From NCBI GenBank assembly GCA_951406725.2, contig OX597825.1, forward strand, positions 51,584,001-51,648,000: a DNA stretch of 64,000 nucleotides, in the 5' to 3' direction. Shown here piece after piece: positions 1 through 12,970 of this stretch; the first letter of the stretch is position 1, and every line of letters starts with the position of its first letter. Source of the stretch: Octopus vulgaris (lineage: Eukaryota). Under the pieces are notes generated by a model. That model was not told the DNA's origin. It did no database searches and was given only the letters and a program-made list of their open reading frames with translations. The translations under genes and the position numbers were made by a program.

Positions 1-1046
1 AATGGGCGTCGTTTTACATATGCACTTGTACCTAGTCGGGAGTACAGATGGACAAATTGAAATGCAAGAAAAACGAAATAATGAATTGAAAGACTGGTAA
101 TTGCGTTTATTTCCACCATGCGACATTTATGAGATCAATGTGTTGTCTATTGAAAGAGTGGTCTTCAATGCAAGTAAATACAGATGAAATCATTTCAAAC
201 CTTTCCGATTTTTCTTATCAAAACATTTAGAACTTGTGCAACAATCTGACATATAAGTTATTGTAACCCGGGAAGAGGAAATTTTTATGCCCAGGATGGT
301 ATTCACTATGTCTGGATCTAGTTAGCTTGAGTCACAAAATCATCCCCCTTTTAAAATGACGTAAAAATTCTGAGAATTTGCCGTATTAAACATTCATTTC
401 TTATTCAGGATCTAGTTTGTTTCATTCACAAAATCTGCACTTTTTAAAAGGAAGTAAAAAAAACTCTAAAAATTGGTTGACGTGTTGCAGTTTTCCACAC
501 TTATTCCTATGAAGATATGAACTTCTGAAGTAAAAAATTTGGCACACGCAATTTGTTTTTAATATGTGGTTCTAAAATAGAGACAGTCCGAATCTACTGT
601 TTGTTTCTCTTTATAATTTCCAAGTAAGTTTTTTAAATACTTTAAAATCAAAATTTCGTAAAAATATGTGCCAGAAACAGTAGTTAAAATTTAAGGAAAT
701 AGATTTTTGAGAGATCACTTGTTATGACTGACTTTATTACGTTATTCTAATATCTCTTCCGAAATTTCTGCATATACATGTATAAAAGCATACTGAAACA
801 AACAAATATATACACACATACATTTTTACAGAGTTAGTTTTATATACGTCCTTGTCTAGATATAAGTATTTCGGCATCTCTACAAAATTGTGCACCAAAT
901 ATTTCCTTCTTCATAGCCTTGAGAAAGTAAAATATTTCTTTTCTACAAATGTTTCAGATCACGTAGATTCCGATTAAATTGGAATTCATTGTGAAAACTA
1001 TTTGTCCCTAAAGACGTTTTAGAAAATTCACACCATTAGGCTTTGT

Positions 1047-1091
<45 letters not shown>

Positions 1092-1100
1092 ATGTATATG

Positions 1101-1165
<65 letters not shown>

Positions 1166-1251
1166 AAGGGTGAAAAGGAACACACGAGTTGATATATATG
1201 AAAAAACAAGTCAAAATAGAAAATGCTAAAATAATTTTATAAAGAACATTT

Positions 1252-1289
1252 CAGTACCGGTTTCGGTCATTTTGTGACCTTTTCAACTG
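1252..1289 (-). ncRNA. Minimal type-I hammerhead ribozyme, U3-A8 core variant
   Basis: Minus strand: CAG UUGAAAA GGUCA caaaa UGACC GAAA CCG GUA CUG. Stem I CAG/CUG, perfect 5-bp stem II, palindromic ACCGGU stem III, GUA cleavage triplet. Confidence 0.75.
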
Positions 1290-1644
1290 TAACGATTAAA
1301 TAATTAAATTTAGAAAAATTAAAAGAAAAGTTTTTTTAAAGGAATATTTGTATAGTGTTCAAATATAAGTGGCATTCTGCCTTTCTCTGTCTCCCTTGTT
1401 TGCACTTGTGTGTTCGAGGCCGTTGTGAATTCTTGGTACGGTAGAAGAAGAAGAAGGTTGATGATGAGAAGGGGTGGAAAACATTTTGGGGGAGTGCCTT
1501 GATGGTCGTATTTTGAATGGTTAGTGGCGGCTAGCAGTTGCAGTTCAATTCAGGAGAATATTTCTATTGAAAGGTTTGTTTATGGAATTTGCGTAGGTGT
1601 TATACTAAAAAGCATTAGTGATAAAGTTAAGAGGTAGAAGGTGG

Positions 1645-1960
1645 AGAAGAAGAAGAAGAAGAAGAAGAAGAAGAAGGAGAAGAAGAAGAAGAAGAAGAAG
1701 AAGAAGAAGAAGAAGAATATGACGATGTTGATGAGGATGATGATGAAGAAGAAGAAGAAGAAGAAGAAGGAGAAGGAGAAGAAAAGGAGAAGGAGAAGAA
1801 AAAGATGATGATGATGGTGATGATGATGACAACGATGATGATGATAATGATGATGATGAATAGGAAGAAGAAGAAGAAGAAGAAGAAGAAGAAGAAGAAG
1901 AAAAAGAAGAAGAAGAAGAAGAAGAAGAAGAAGAAGAAGAAGAAGAAGAAGAAGAAAGAG
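1645..1960. repeat. (GAA)n/(GAT)n compound microsatellite
   Basis: Read directly from the sequence. Confidence 0.95.
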
Positions 1961-4228
1961 AAGGGAGAATATGAATGGGTGAAAGTAGTGAGGTGTTGTA
2001 TGACTTGATGTTGGCACGTTATGGATTATAGCTGTGATTGGGGCTGATTTGTAATGGATTCTTTGGAATGTAATATTTGTGTGTGTATTTCTTTTATTCT
2101 AAAGTTGAGGTATATTAATCGTTTGTCGTAGACCCGTTAAGAAGTGGCCTGTATTTTGTAATAAATAGAGTTTCTTTACTTATTCGTTGTCTCGAGGTTG
2201 TATCGTCCCTAAATTGGTAGAGGGGGAAAATCCTGAAGCCTGGTGTTTTGTTGTAGGCGCAAGTATCTATGTGTGGGCTGAAAGTCTTGCAGGTATCTGC
2301 AGAGAGGAGCTATGTATATAGATGTAGTCTTCAGGGATGTCACACAGAAAATACCTCTCTGGAGATAAACATGCATACAGCACCAATATATGTATTCTAA
2401 ATAAATATCCCATCAACAGAATTAGTAAAAATTCCATTTTTATTAATGGACTAAACCCATGTATTGTAATAACACAAATCTGTACATGTAAGATGCCACA
2501 TTATCACATAACTATACTAACTGTTCCAGATTGCCACCATTCCCTATCATCGCATGATAAATAAATTTTAACACGAAATATTGAAATATAATGTAAAGCA
2601 TTACACTACTGTTTCACTTATTATTGCTTATGTTTCCGTTCCTACTTTTCCAAATTTAATTGCGGCCGTTTTCTAAAATAACATTTTATTTATTTCACAA
2701 AACATCTTATAAACTATTGTAGTCTAATATTTATGGGATTGCTTGTTTCCAACGCTACATTCCGGTTGTCTCTATATCTAAATCTTCAATTTTCAGATAA
2801 TTTCTGTATATTTTGTAGACTATATTGCCATCTGTTACCGATACATGAAATTAAGTGGTATTTTCACTTCTCACAATGTTTCATAGTCTCATTAATTTCT
2901 CCGTCTAGTCAATACTCCACTACAAATTCTTCTCAGTTTCTTGCTTTCATTTCTGCATTAGTTCTCCTTTACGTTTAAGTAATTATTGCTAATATCCTTT
3001 TTGTTTTCAAACAAACTGCTTGCTTGTTTCCGGGATCGTAGCAGTTTTTCACAACGACAGAGTTGTTTATTTAGTTGTCTCTTTTTATGCCACCTTTGAT
3101 CTCAGGCGCTTATTTTTATTCGTTTTGTTATTTATTCACTTTTTGTTGTTGCTATTTTGTATTTCTACATTTGTCTCATCTTTTTCGTGGTTTATTTTTT
3201 GATTTCATTATGGATTTTACGATCTGATATTTTATACTGTAATGCTCTCTTCAAGCTGGTTTGCATTTCTCAGTAATCTTTTCATACACGTTGTTAGATG
3301 TTCTGGACTGACCTGTTCTAAGTTGGCACTCTTTCCATTTTGAGAGTACTTTTGCTGGTTCTTTCATTTTATAAAGCCCTTTGTCCTTATGATAATGGCG
3401 TTGAAACCTGTTTACAATATGTCAATGATGGATCAGTTTCAGCTTTATTTTTGTTGCTATTTTATCGTAAATTTCATCTTGAAGGGAGCATTTATTTATT
3501 TGTTGATAAGATCTTTCAACTTTAATTCAGTAAATATTTTCACGTTTAGAAGATTGTCTTATTGATATTGTCCGGCTTAATAACTTCCCATTTTTATATT
3601 ATTTTAATCATCACCACTGTTCATATTTTTTGTTACGGTAATTCTATTTCGGCTTTTGTTAATCATAGCTGTGTAGAAATTATTAGTTTTCATTTTGTTA
3701 TTTTGGTATTTCTGAAATTTGCTTTGTTTGCACTAAAATATATCTAATTAAGTCGTGTTTTCAATACTTACAGTTTCATATTGTTATTTTTTCACTGTTT
3801 CTATTTTGGTATTTAAATCTTGAGTCTTATGTTTCGTATTTATTTTAATATTTCATTTCTCTGCCCGAGGTCGTTTTGCTTAATATAGCTTCTAAAATTA
3901 GATGATCTCTGGGATTTAAATTTAATTGTCGGTCAGCATTATTTTCACTCTTGGCATCATACGCGTACATTGTAGCAAACTACTTTAATATAAGTGCAGT
4001 AGAGCAGTAAAATGAAAATAAAATGTGCAAGCGAACTCGCATTGTCTCCCTTGTGACTTTTGTTGCATTTACTTGCAACACATAAAGAATAATTTTATTT
4101 AAATTGCCCTCTTAAATTTATCAATTTCTGGAATGCACACTTATTTGTGAATTTATTTAATATGTCTCTCACTCTTTTAAAATTTTAATAATTATTATTG
4201 CAATTAGTAGCGGGAGTTGTTGTAGAAG

Positions 4229-4278
<50 letters not shown>

Positions 4279-4301
4279 TGTGTGTGTGTGTGTGTGTGTG
4301 T

Positions 4302-4570
4302 ATGGTCTGATCAATAAGCAAGAAAGCTAAAACACGCAGAATGAAGCGCTTGGCACAGATTGACCTTGAACTCTGCTGTGCATGTACACTAATATTTAAT
4401 GTTTTAGCTCACTTCCGCTGTTTACAGCAGTGCTTGGAAGGAAGGTGTGTAGTATGTGATTGTGGCATTGACCCTGACAAAGGAAGTTGAGCACAGAATC
4501 TGCATCAAATTTTGCCAAAAGCTGGGTTATACCTGCTCAGAAGCCTACGCAAAGTTTTCAAAAATTTTCC
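4302..4570 (+). mobile_element. Mariner transposon 5' fragment
   Basis: EHRICIKFCQKLGYTCSEAYAK resembles the mariner N-terminal HTH (EQR.CIKFC.KLG). Confidence 0.75.
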
Positions 4571-4574
4571 ATCG

Positions 4575-4960
4575 TTCTCGACACAATCAAACAGGGCTTG
4601 TGCAACTGAAGCCCGAGTGCTTTTTTGCTCAGCTGAAAGCAGTTTTCACACACACTTGGCAGACACGTATCTCATACCCAAATCTTCAGTGATAATAAAC
4701 TGAATATAACAGTAAATCATCCGCACATCCTCTGATAACTCACGGATGAAGATTCGACGATTTTCCCTCACAGTTGCACGCACATCTACGATATTTTTCT
4801 CAGTTCTGCTGGTTGCGGGTCTCCCAGAACGTTTGTCAATATCGATATTTTTCGGGCATCTTGGAAAAGTCTAAACCACTCGTACACTGGGGTGCGGCAC
4901 ATAAATCTCTTTCCATACACTTTCTCCAACTTTACGTAGCCTTCTGAGCACATATGGTGA
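4575..4960 (-). mobile_element. Mariner transposase fragment, inverted relative to 4302-4570
   Basis: Minus strand VYEWFRLFQDAR...RSGRPATS...VRENRR...EDLGMRYVSAK, frameshifted. Confidence 0.8.
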
Positions 4961-5288
4961 AAGTGTCTGGAGGAGGGACGAAAGGGTTGGTATACTTGGT
5001 AACATAGGTTGGGATGAGTATAGGCATATACGCACACGTTCACACATGTACATACCCACACATACATCTACACAGAGATGTAAGCATCCACATTCAACCT
5101 CACCCATTGATGGCTGTAATGCCTACAATTCATGGTCAGAAGATAACTATATTAAAGATCTATCATCACAGTTATTTTAAGATTAAGGCAGGGTTTAGAC
5201 AGTTTGGGGCATTATATCTAGATATATATTTTTTCTTTTTACTCAACACATCAACGCACTACTTGCCACATGCCCATTAGCCCAAAAC

Positions 5289-5389
<101 letters not shown>

Positions 5390-5721
5390 TTGTTGAAAGT
5401 CAACAAGGAGTTGCAAAAAGCAACGAAGATTTTAGAAGAAAAATAATAAAGGAGTGGAAATTGAACCTGTGAGTGTATTAATAAAGCATTAAAAGAGAAT
5501 TACTCTCCCCAGACACACGAAACTATGCTTCAACACACGAATTCACATAGAGAATCTTGCACGCCAAATATAAAAACGAAATAAATATATATATATATAT
5601 ATATATAATAGAAATATTAAAATTACTAAGTCTCTATTACTATATTAAAGATCTATCTAAGCGGACAGCTTTATTCTTATTTTTATAAGAATGCCATATT
5701 AGTATGGCGATAACTAACTAA

Positions 5722-5768
<47 letters not shown>

Positions 5769-5771
<3 letters not shown>

Positions 5772-6188
5772 AGTAAATTGAACAGGGTCACTAATCAGCT
5801 CCAGTATTGCTAGAAATAAAAGTCAAAACAACTCAATGATCACAATAAGCACTTAAAGGTGACAAACCCCATACGATCGTAGATAGAGCTAGATCACCGA
5901 TGATTTAACATTCGGATGCTTAACGCATCTTAATGTTCTCACCGCGCTAATGTTAAACTCATCTCCGCTTGTCAGTTTAGATGATCTCTATTGAAAAACA
6001 TGAAGATTTCATAAGCCGTAGTGTAATTTCATTAACGGTACTAATTTCATAAAGAGTAGTGTGCTAATTCAAACTTTTTACAACCCAAAGGCAGAAATAT
6101 ATATGTCACTAAAGTGAACAATCGCACTATTCAGCACCAGTATTGCTAGAAATAAGAATCAAAATAACACAATAGCCACAAAAGCACT
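5769..6188. repeat. Diverged ~85-bp direct repeats (5769-5853 and 6105-6188)
   Basis: Both copies read gtca.taaa.tgaaca...ccagtattgctagaaataa...aagcact and each follows a TA run. Confidence 0.75.
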
Positions 6189-6369
6189 ATCTTAATGATA
6201 TATATGTGTCTATATATATATCTATATATATATGTGTGTGTGTATAGAGAGAAGGGACGGAGAGAGAGGGAGACAAAGACAGAGACGTAGGCGCATCTTC
6301 CACTATGTCTTCTGGCCAACAAAAGTCCTCTAGGTGGAACCGATATACGAAATCTAAAAGAAGCCCATC

Positions 6370-6407
<38 letters not shown>

Positions 6408-6409
<2 letters not shown>

Positions 6410-8270
6410 CGGTTAGAATTACCGAGATCCATGGACGAGTTCGCTCCACCGCTTTTTGCTCTTCATCATTAACGCCATGTCCTGTGTCTCTTAGAGATCA
6501 GTGTCTGTCCTTATGGGTTGAATATATGTCATCGTCGGCCTCCCTCTTCTAGTGTGTCTATGTAGGGGCTCCCACAAAATTACTGAGTACAGTATCAACT
6601 CTGGATTACGGTCAGTATGTCCAACTAACCTCAGCCTCCTCTGTGTTATTTTGGAGCTAACTATTGAGAGGCTCTCGTAGAGCTCTGAGTTCTTCATCCT
6701 CAGTGTTTAGTGATTAATATTCAGAGCCATCCTCAGCATTTTCGTGTAGCATCCACCCACCATCTGAATGAGATTCTTGGTCAGTGTCGAAGTCTCAGAC
6801 TCGTATAACAGCACAGACTCCACTGAAGCAACGAAGAGTAGGATTTTCAAGTCTATACGAATATTCGACTTCCATACATATCTCAAACTGTGGTATGCCA
6901 CCCTGACGTTTCTCTTCTGTGTTCCTAATCTTTACTCCCAGATAGAGGAAATCCTCAACAAACTCTAGTGGCTTCCCTCCTACATTCATAATCTTCTCAG
7001 ACTTCTTAATGTTCTCTACCAAATATTTTGTCTTAATTTCATTCATTTTCAGAGCCACACTCATTGACACAGTCTCCGCCTCCTGCATCAACTTATCTGC
7101 CTCTCTTACTGTATTTGTCACCAGAATTATGTCGTCAGCAAATTCAGCATCTGATACTTTTTAGCCTTGACTCTCCTGCTCTACAGTAAAGCCAGAGTCC
7201 TTGGTGTTTTTCCAACGCAAGGTGCATAAAATAGTCCAAAACGATGATAAAAATGTTGGGAGCCAATGCATCTCCCTGACGCACTTCAGTTAGTATTTCA
7301 AAGAACCTATCCCGACAGGTGTAATGACTTGGACTCTGGTGTTGGTGATATGAGGTCCACTATCTTCTTGGGGATTTCATAAGCTTGTAAGATCGTCATC
7401 AGGCAGTGACACTCCACATAATCAAAGGATTTCCTAAAGTCAACGAAAACCAAGACAGCAGAAAGAATCTTTGCTCTAGCTCCCTCTAATGTTCTCCTCG
7501 GTATTATGATAGGCCGATGGTTGATCGTCTCTCTCTGAAGCCGTTCTGGTTGTCCCTGAGCTTCTGCATCTCGGGCTGGATCCTGTTAAGTATCATCCTG
7601 TTGAGGGTCTTTACCACGAGTAACATCAGCGAGATACCCCTGTAGTTGTTGGTGTTAGAGAGATCACCCTTCCTTGACACTGTAACGATGTTACTCATCT
7701 TCCACTGATTCAAAGGAAATCCTTTATCCAGTGCCTGTTTACTATCATCAAAATCAAAACTCTTCATCAACTCTGGTGCTACTCCATCTTCTTTATAGGC
7801 CTTGTCCTCCTTGATCTTCTTGGCTTTCTGAAGCTCCTCTTTGGTGAAGGATCCCTTCTCAATATCCAGTTCCTCAAACAGCTCCCTGATCTTCCCAATG
7901 TTCTGGGTTGTGGAAGGTGGCACTGCTAGTAGGGTCTTAAAATTGTCCTATTCTCGGGCCCTGTTCCCTGGATCTGACTCGAATTCCCTCACTTCCTCCC
8001 TGTAATCTCGTTGATGATCACCCAACTTTCTTTACACCTAGACCCGTCAACCGCTCTCTTCACAATTCTCCATCAGTGCCTCCTCTCTGGCCTCGGTGTA
8101 AGTGGTACAGAGTTCTTCCTTCATCATCTCCCCCGTAGGATCAGCAAGTCCTTGGCATCTTTCAGATGTTCTTCAGCTGCATACACTTGTGGGTCTGCAG
8201 AATTGACGCTCCTCCCCTTCTTTCTCCTTGGCACCAGGACCTCACTTGTTTCTGTCACTGCTTTGAATGA
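6408..8270 (-). mobile_element. RTE-clade LINE, 5'-truncated and degenerate
   Basis: RT motifs KGDLSNTNNYRGISL, LRDNQNGFR, FADD (aattatgtcgtcagcaaa), FLYLG, VESVLLY and C-terminal QRRLRLVGH..WEP..RRGRP; many stops and frameshifts; 3' end abuts (TA)n. Confidence 0.9.
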
Positions 8271-8859
8271 AACAATTAAAAGATATATATATATTATATA
8301 TGCATAAAGCAATAATATGTCTTTCCCGACAACAATGTTTTATCTTACTTTAACATTTTTATCACATTATGTTTGCATTATAACTCTTTACTTACACGTA
8401 TTTTATTTCTAAATGCTGTAACTTTCATATATTAATATATTCTAAATAAAAACAGAATACATTTGCTTCCAATTTTGTATTAAAATTTCTAATAATGATT
8501 TTTTTTAATACATGGAAATGTGTAACCAAACCTCATATATATTAACATATATTTTCTGATAAGTTACGCGTATGACGATTTTTTTTTCTTACCTGGTGTG
8601 ATGTTTTGCTCTAATAGTATAATCTTATTTCTTACTATATATTTATTGAAACATCTAATATTACTGCCTCATTAAATCTTATATTTTCCTATCATTTACA
8701 ATGTAATATTACATTCTACAATAAACTAGTTTTGCCAGGACAAAATACATTTGAAATGAATTAGATTAACTAAATGATATAATGATATTTACAGTGGTGT
8801 ATGCTATCTTTTTAAACTATGTCTAATGTCAGTACAATGCCAGCAAGTTTGGCAGGAGA

Positions 8860-9035
8860 AGATTCAATCGATAACATTGAACTCAGTTATCGACAAATAC
8901 TTTATTTTATAGTCCCCGAAGGAACTAAAGCCAACATTTACATAATCAGCATTTGAGCTCAGAATGTAAAGAGCTGGAACAAATGCTGCAAAGTAGTTCC
9001 TTCCATCGCCTTCACGATTGTGACAACCCGCCGAC
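8860..9035 (-). mobile_element. Degenerate SINE (family B)
   Basis: Similar to 21385-21600 and 50895-51110 (gaactcagaa.gtaaaga / aagtcgac motifs). Confidence 0.55.
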
Positions 9036-9319
9036 CTAAGTGTCACTTATACAAATGAAATTGTATCAATAATAACACGAGCTTCCTCCATACTTTAAAT
9101 GAACGTAACTAGCCGAAGTTGAAGTCACAATCATTGTACAGAGAGAGAGAAGCATATTCCCACAAGCATACGCGCGCACGCACACACACATACATGCATG
9201 TTCCTCAGTAAATGTCTGTTACATTTTCTCATTTTATTCGTCTATCAGAAGCATATTTATCTATTTACATACGTATCTGTCTACCTATCAATAAATCAGT
9301 ATCACCACTATATCCATCC

Positions 9320-9492
<173 letters not shown>

Positions 9493-9516
9493 AAATATAT
9501 ATATATGACTCTAGAG

Positions 9517-9862
9517 CAGTGGTTCCCAACCGATTTTTGGCCATACCCCACCGAATTATTTCTAAAATCCCGATGCCCCCTTGCAATATTTAATTTTTGT
9601 TATTCAATATTTGGTTAATGCTTACAATATTACCCGGAAACAAAATAAAAATAGTGCAACGGACGTAAGAAAAATATGTAGGAAACGAATATGAAAAAAG
9701 AATGCGCGTGAAGTAACGGGGGTGGAGGACTTTGGAAAATTCACCAAAGTTCACTTCAATTCAACTTGAAGAGAATAGATATTTTTAAATGAAATTCTCT
9801 ACAAATACACCTCGGATTATGTAGATTCCGAGAGTATAGGAATTTTGTGGGGAAAACAACTG
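9517..9862 (+). mobile_element. hAT-like non-autonomous element (left end clear, right end weak)
   Basis: Starts CAGTGGTTCCCAAC, a typical hAT terminus; only a weak inverted match near 9847-9862. Confidence 0.4.
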
Positions 9863-10107
9863 GGGGCTATTTTGGAGAACTGTTCTCCACTCGCGGGTGC
9901 TTCTAAACAAGTCGTCCACATTTGTTTCATTTTCTGCGTTTTGTGCGTTTGTCCACTGAAAATATGCTCAAAAAGAAACAAATTATATTACGTGAACCTT
10001 CTCAGCTGCAACAGCCTTTGTATCAATGATGGAAAGTTTTCTTGCCTTTTTGCTGAATTCATAAACCGACTGGTGGGACGAAAATGACCTGTTGATTTCA
10101 ATCTCTG

Positions 10108-10150
<43 letters not shown>

Positions 10151-10175
10151 GTGTATACGTGCGTTACCAGTACCA

Positions 10176-10214
<39 letters not shown>

Positions 10215-10789
10215 CTATCTATCTACCTATCTGCCTATATATTTATCTGGCTGTTCCCTCTCTCTTTCTCCTCTTTCATTCTCTCTTTCTGCCTCTTTCT
10301 CTTCCTTCACTGACTTCCACTCCATTTCAACCCATTTCACACCAATCAATTCTTTCATCCCTCAGCCCCAACGCCATTTATTGCCCTATCAACACTCTGC
10401 AGCACCAAAGTTTTCTTGTGTACCTAGATTTTCTGTCGCCAGCGATATAAGTGTTAATACTCTTAGACACACCCGCACACATAAGTCTTTCTCTACTTTA
10501 TTTCTTCATAGACAATTAAGAATGGCATTGCTTTCAGTACTGCCTTACACGCACGCACGTACACATACACATACGCACGTACGGACGCACACACACATAC
10601 GTTTTTGTAATTACCTACATGTTTTCACATACTACTAAATCGAAGGAAATAATCTATTCCCTCTTTAGTGACATCAGATCTTATGAAAAAGATGAAGTGT
10701 CCAAAATTTGATACGAGGTATAAAAAATTCGGCATAACTCTACGCATGCCTCACCAAAATATTACAACGTCCCAATAAAATATTACCAT

Positions 10790-12520
10790 TCCCCACCGGT
10801 AGAGCATGCGCCCCACGTTGGAAATCACGGCTTTAGAGCCACTAAGGCATCCAGAACTGGGATGCGGAAGGAGCGTGTCTACATACGCGGACGTTGTCAT
10901 CGTGATAGTGTAGAGCCACAGGCATATCGACCTGGTCAGCGAGACATTAAAAGAGTACAAAGCGAAAATTAACCGGGAAAAGCCAGTGGGCTTGCGGCTC
11001 GACACCTGGAGAAGCAAGCCTATGCCGTCCAACAGCATCTCCATCATGGGATACTGGACCTACGGACCGGTTAAATTGCTCGGCGTCTGGTTCAGACCGG
11101 ACCTCCAAATGGAGAACTGGGACGAGATAACGAGTAGGGTGGCCACTCTCACCCAGCAACAATGGGCCGAGAGGAAGCTATCCCTAAAAGGTTAGGAGGA
11201 GGTGGTGAACGCGTACATCGCATCCGTCATCGATTACCATCGGACCCTCGTGCCTTGTCCCGACCCTAACATCACCAAACTGGAGCGCATGCTCTACCGC
11301 TTTTTGTGGAAGGGAAGCGTTCCAATGGTTAGGCGATTCATTTGCTGTCAATATCCGTTAAATGGAGAGCTGAGCATGCCGTAGTTGATGATGCGCAGAC
11401 ATGCGCTGAGACTGCGACATCTCCAGCGTTTCATAGATGACGGTGAACAGGTGTGGTGGCCGTTTGTGAGGCGCACTTTTCCGCAGCTTGTCTCTTTGTC
11501 CGAACTGCAGTGGTGGAACAAACACAGACCGAGGCTAGGCGAATGGCAGCGCGAGTGCCGCCTTGCGCTCAAGCAACTCTGCCGCCCGGAATCAAGCTTG
11601 TGCGACTTCAATTCCACGAAGGCGTTCTATAGAGGACTAGTGGAGGGGTGGTGCGAAGACGTTCACGGGAAGAATCTGGGTGTCGACGAGGAACACCTAA
11701 CCCACGTGTTCAGGACAACTTTCGCGCCGTGACCTATGGACAATCTACAGATATCCCTGACCTGGCAGTGCTATTGGGAAGCATTGCCCGTTCTGGATAG
11801 GCTCTACAGGCATGGTTCTACATACATCGGACCGACTTGCCCGAGATGCGGTCAGAGAGACAAAACCGTTTTGCACGCACTCATGCAGTATCCAACCATT
11901 TCGGACCTGTGGACTTACGCCGAACGGCTACAGTCACGTGTAAGAAGAATTCGGTTGTCAGCTGAGTCTATCGTGAAAATTACCCCACCACCTTCCATTA
12001 ACTGGGCAGGCAAGACAGTTTTCATCGTACTGGTGGCCATTGTGAAAGAATGTGTGTGGTAGATTCCAACGAAAGGTTTAGGGACAAACACTTTCCTCTC
12101 TGGCCAATCGCTCATCAACTGTTTCAAGTACCACCTGAAAAGGAAGGTGAGAATAGAGAGACAAGTTCTGTCTCATGAGCAAAGATGGTACGCACAAATG
12201 ACGAAACCACATTGAGCATGATCCTGTAAATCCAAAAGAGAGAGAGAGGCAGCGTTTTTCCCTCATGTGTTTTTCCCTCCCTGCTTGAGGTTACTGTGGT
12301 CCTTTTCGTAGGATTTGCACGGATAAACCTAATCTGTTTTTTACAATTTTACTCGTTTCTGTGATACACGATCCCTTTTGATCTGATTAATTTTTTTTTT
12401 ACACGATCCCTTTTGATAGGAATTTTTTCCTCCTTTTTTTCTATTTTCCTCTTTTTTTCTTTCGAAAGGAAAATCTCTACATTGTATTTGTCCCTTCTGT
12501 GTTCGGCCCTGTGTAGATAA
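10790..12520 (+). mobile_element. Tx1/L1-clade LINE, 3' portion, degenerate
   Basis: YAD(V), AKINREK..GL.L.TW, KLLGVWF, W.ERKLSLKG, FLWKG, CPRCG..KTVLH Zn motif, T-rich 3' UTR, then (TATC)n. Confidence 0.9.
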
Positions 12521-12523
12521 TGA

Positions 12524-12644
<121 letters not shown>

Positions 12645-12739
12645 ATCTATATCTATCTATCTATCTATATATCTATCGATATATATATATAGGCATCTAA
12701 CTAAAGGAGGAATGTGCTCCAAAGAAAACTAGACAATGC

Positions 12740-12970
12740 CATACGTACCAAACACTTTAATAACACTGTCCTTTCTTCGCTCTTGTAGTCAAGTGAGTGA
12801 AACTTTGGTAGCTGCGAATAGGATAGAATATCGACTGGCTACGACGTAAAAAGCCATGAAAAGATCTATGCAAGAAACATCGGTAAGAAAGCACATTCGA
12901 AATGAAATAATTCGAGGAGGGAGTGGAGTAAACAATGTGCTCGCAGAGTACTAATAGCACCTGAAAAATC
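12740..12970 (+). mobile_element. Old RTE-type LINE C-terminal fragment
   Basis: AMKRSMQETSVRKHIRNEIIRGGSGV resembles the RTE ERSMLG..L.DHIRNE.IR..SGV motif. Confidence 0.55.

Larger units (their letters stand above)
1160..2335 (-). mobile_element. Penelope-like element 3' remnant (GIY-YIG endonuclease C-terminus, 3' region, hammerhead)
   Basis: Minus strand ~2285-2115 reads FSPHIDTCAYNKTPGFRIFPLYQFRDDTTSRQRISKETLFITKYRPLLN..*, resembling the PLE endonuclease C-terminus. A hammerhead lies at 1252-1289 and the element ends in (TA)n. Confidence 0.75.

Noticed and set aside
5904-5937. Hairpin aacattcggatgcttaacgcatcttaatgtt
   Set aside because: No intact ribozyme core on either strand.
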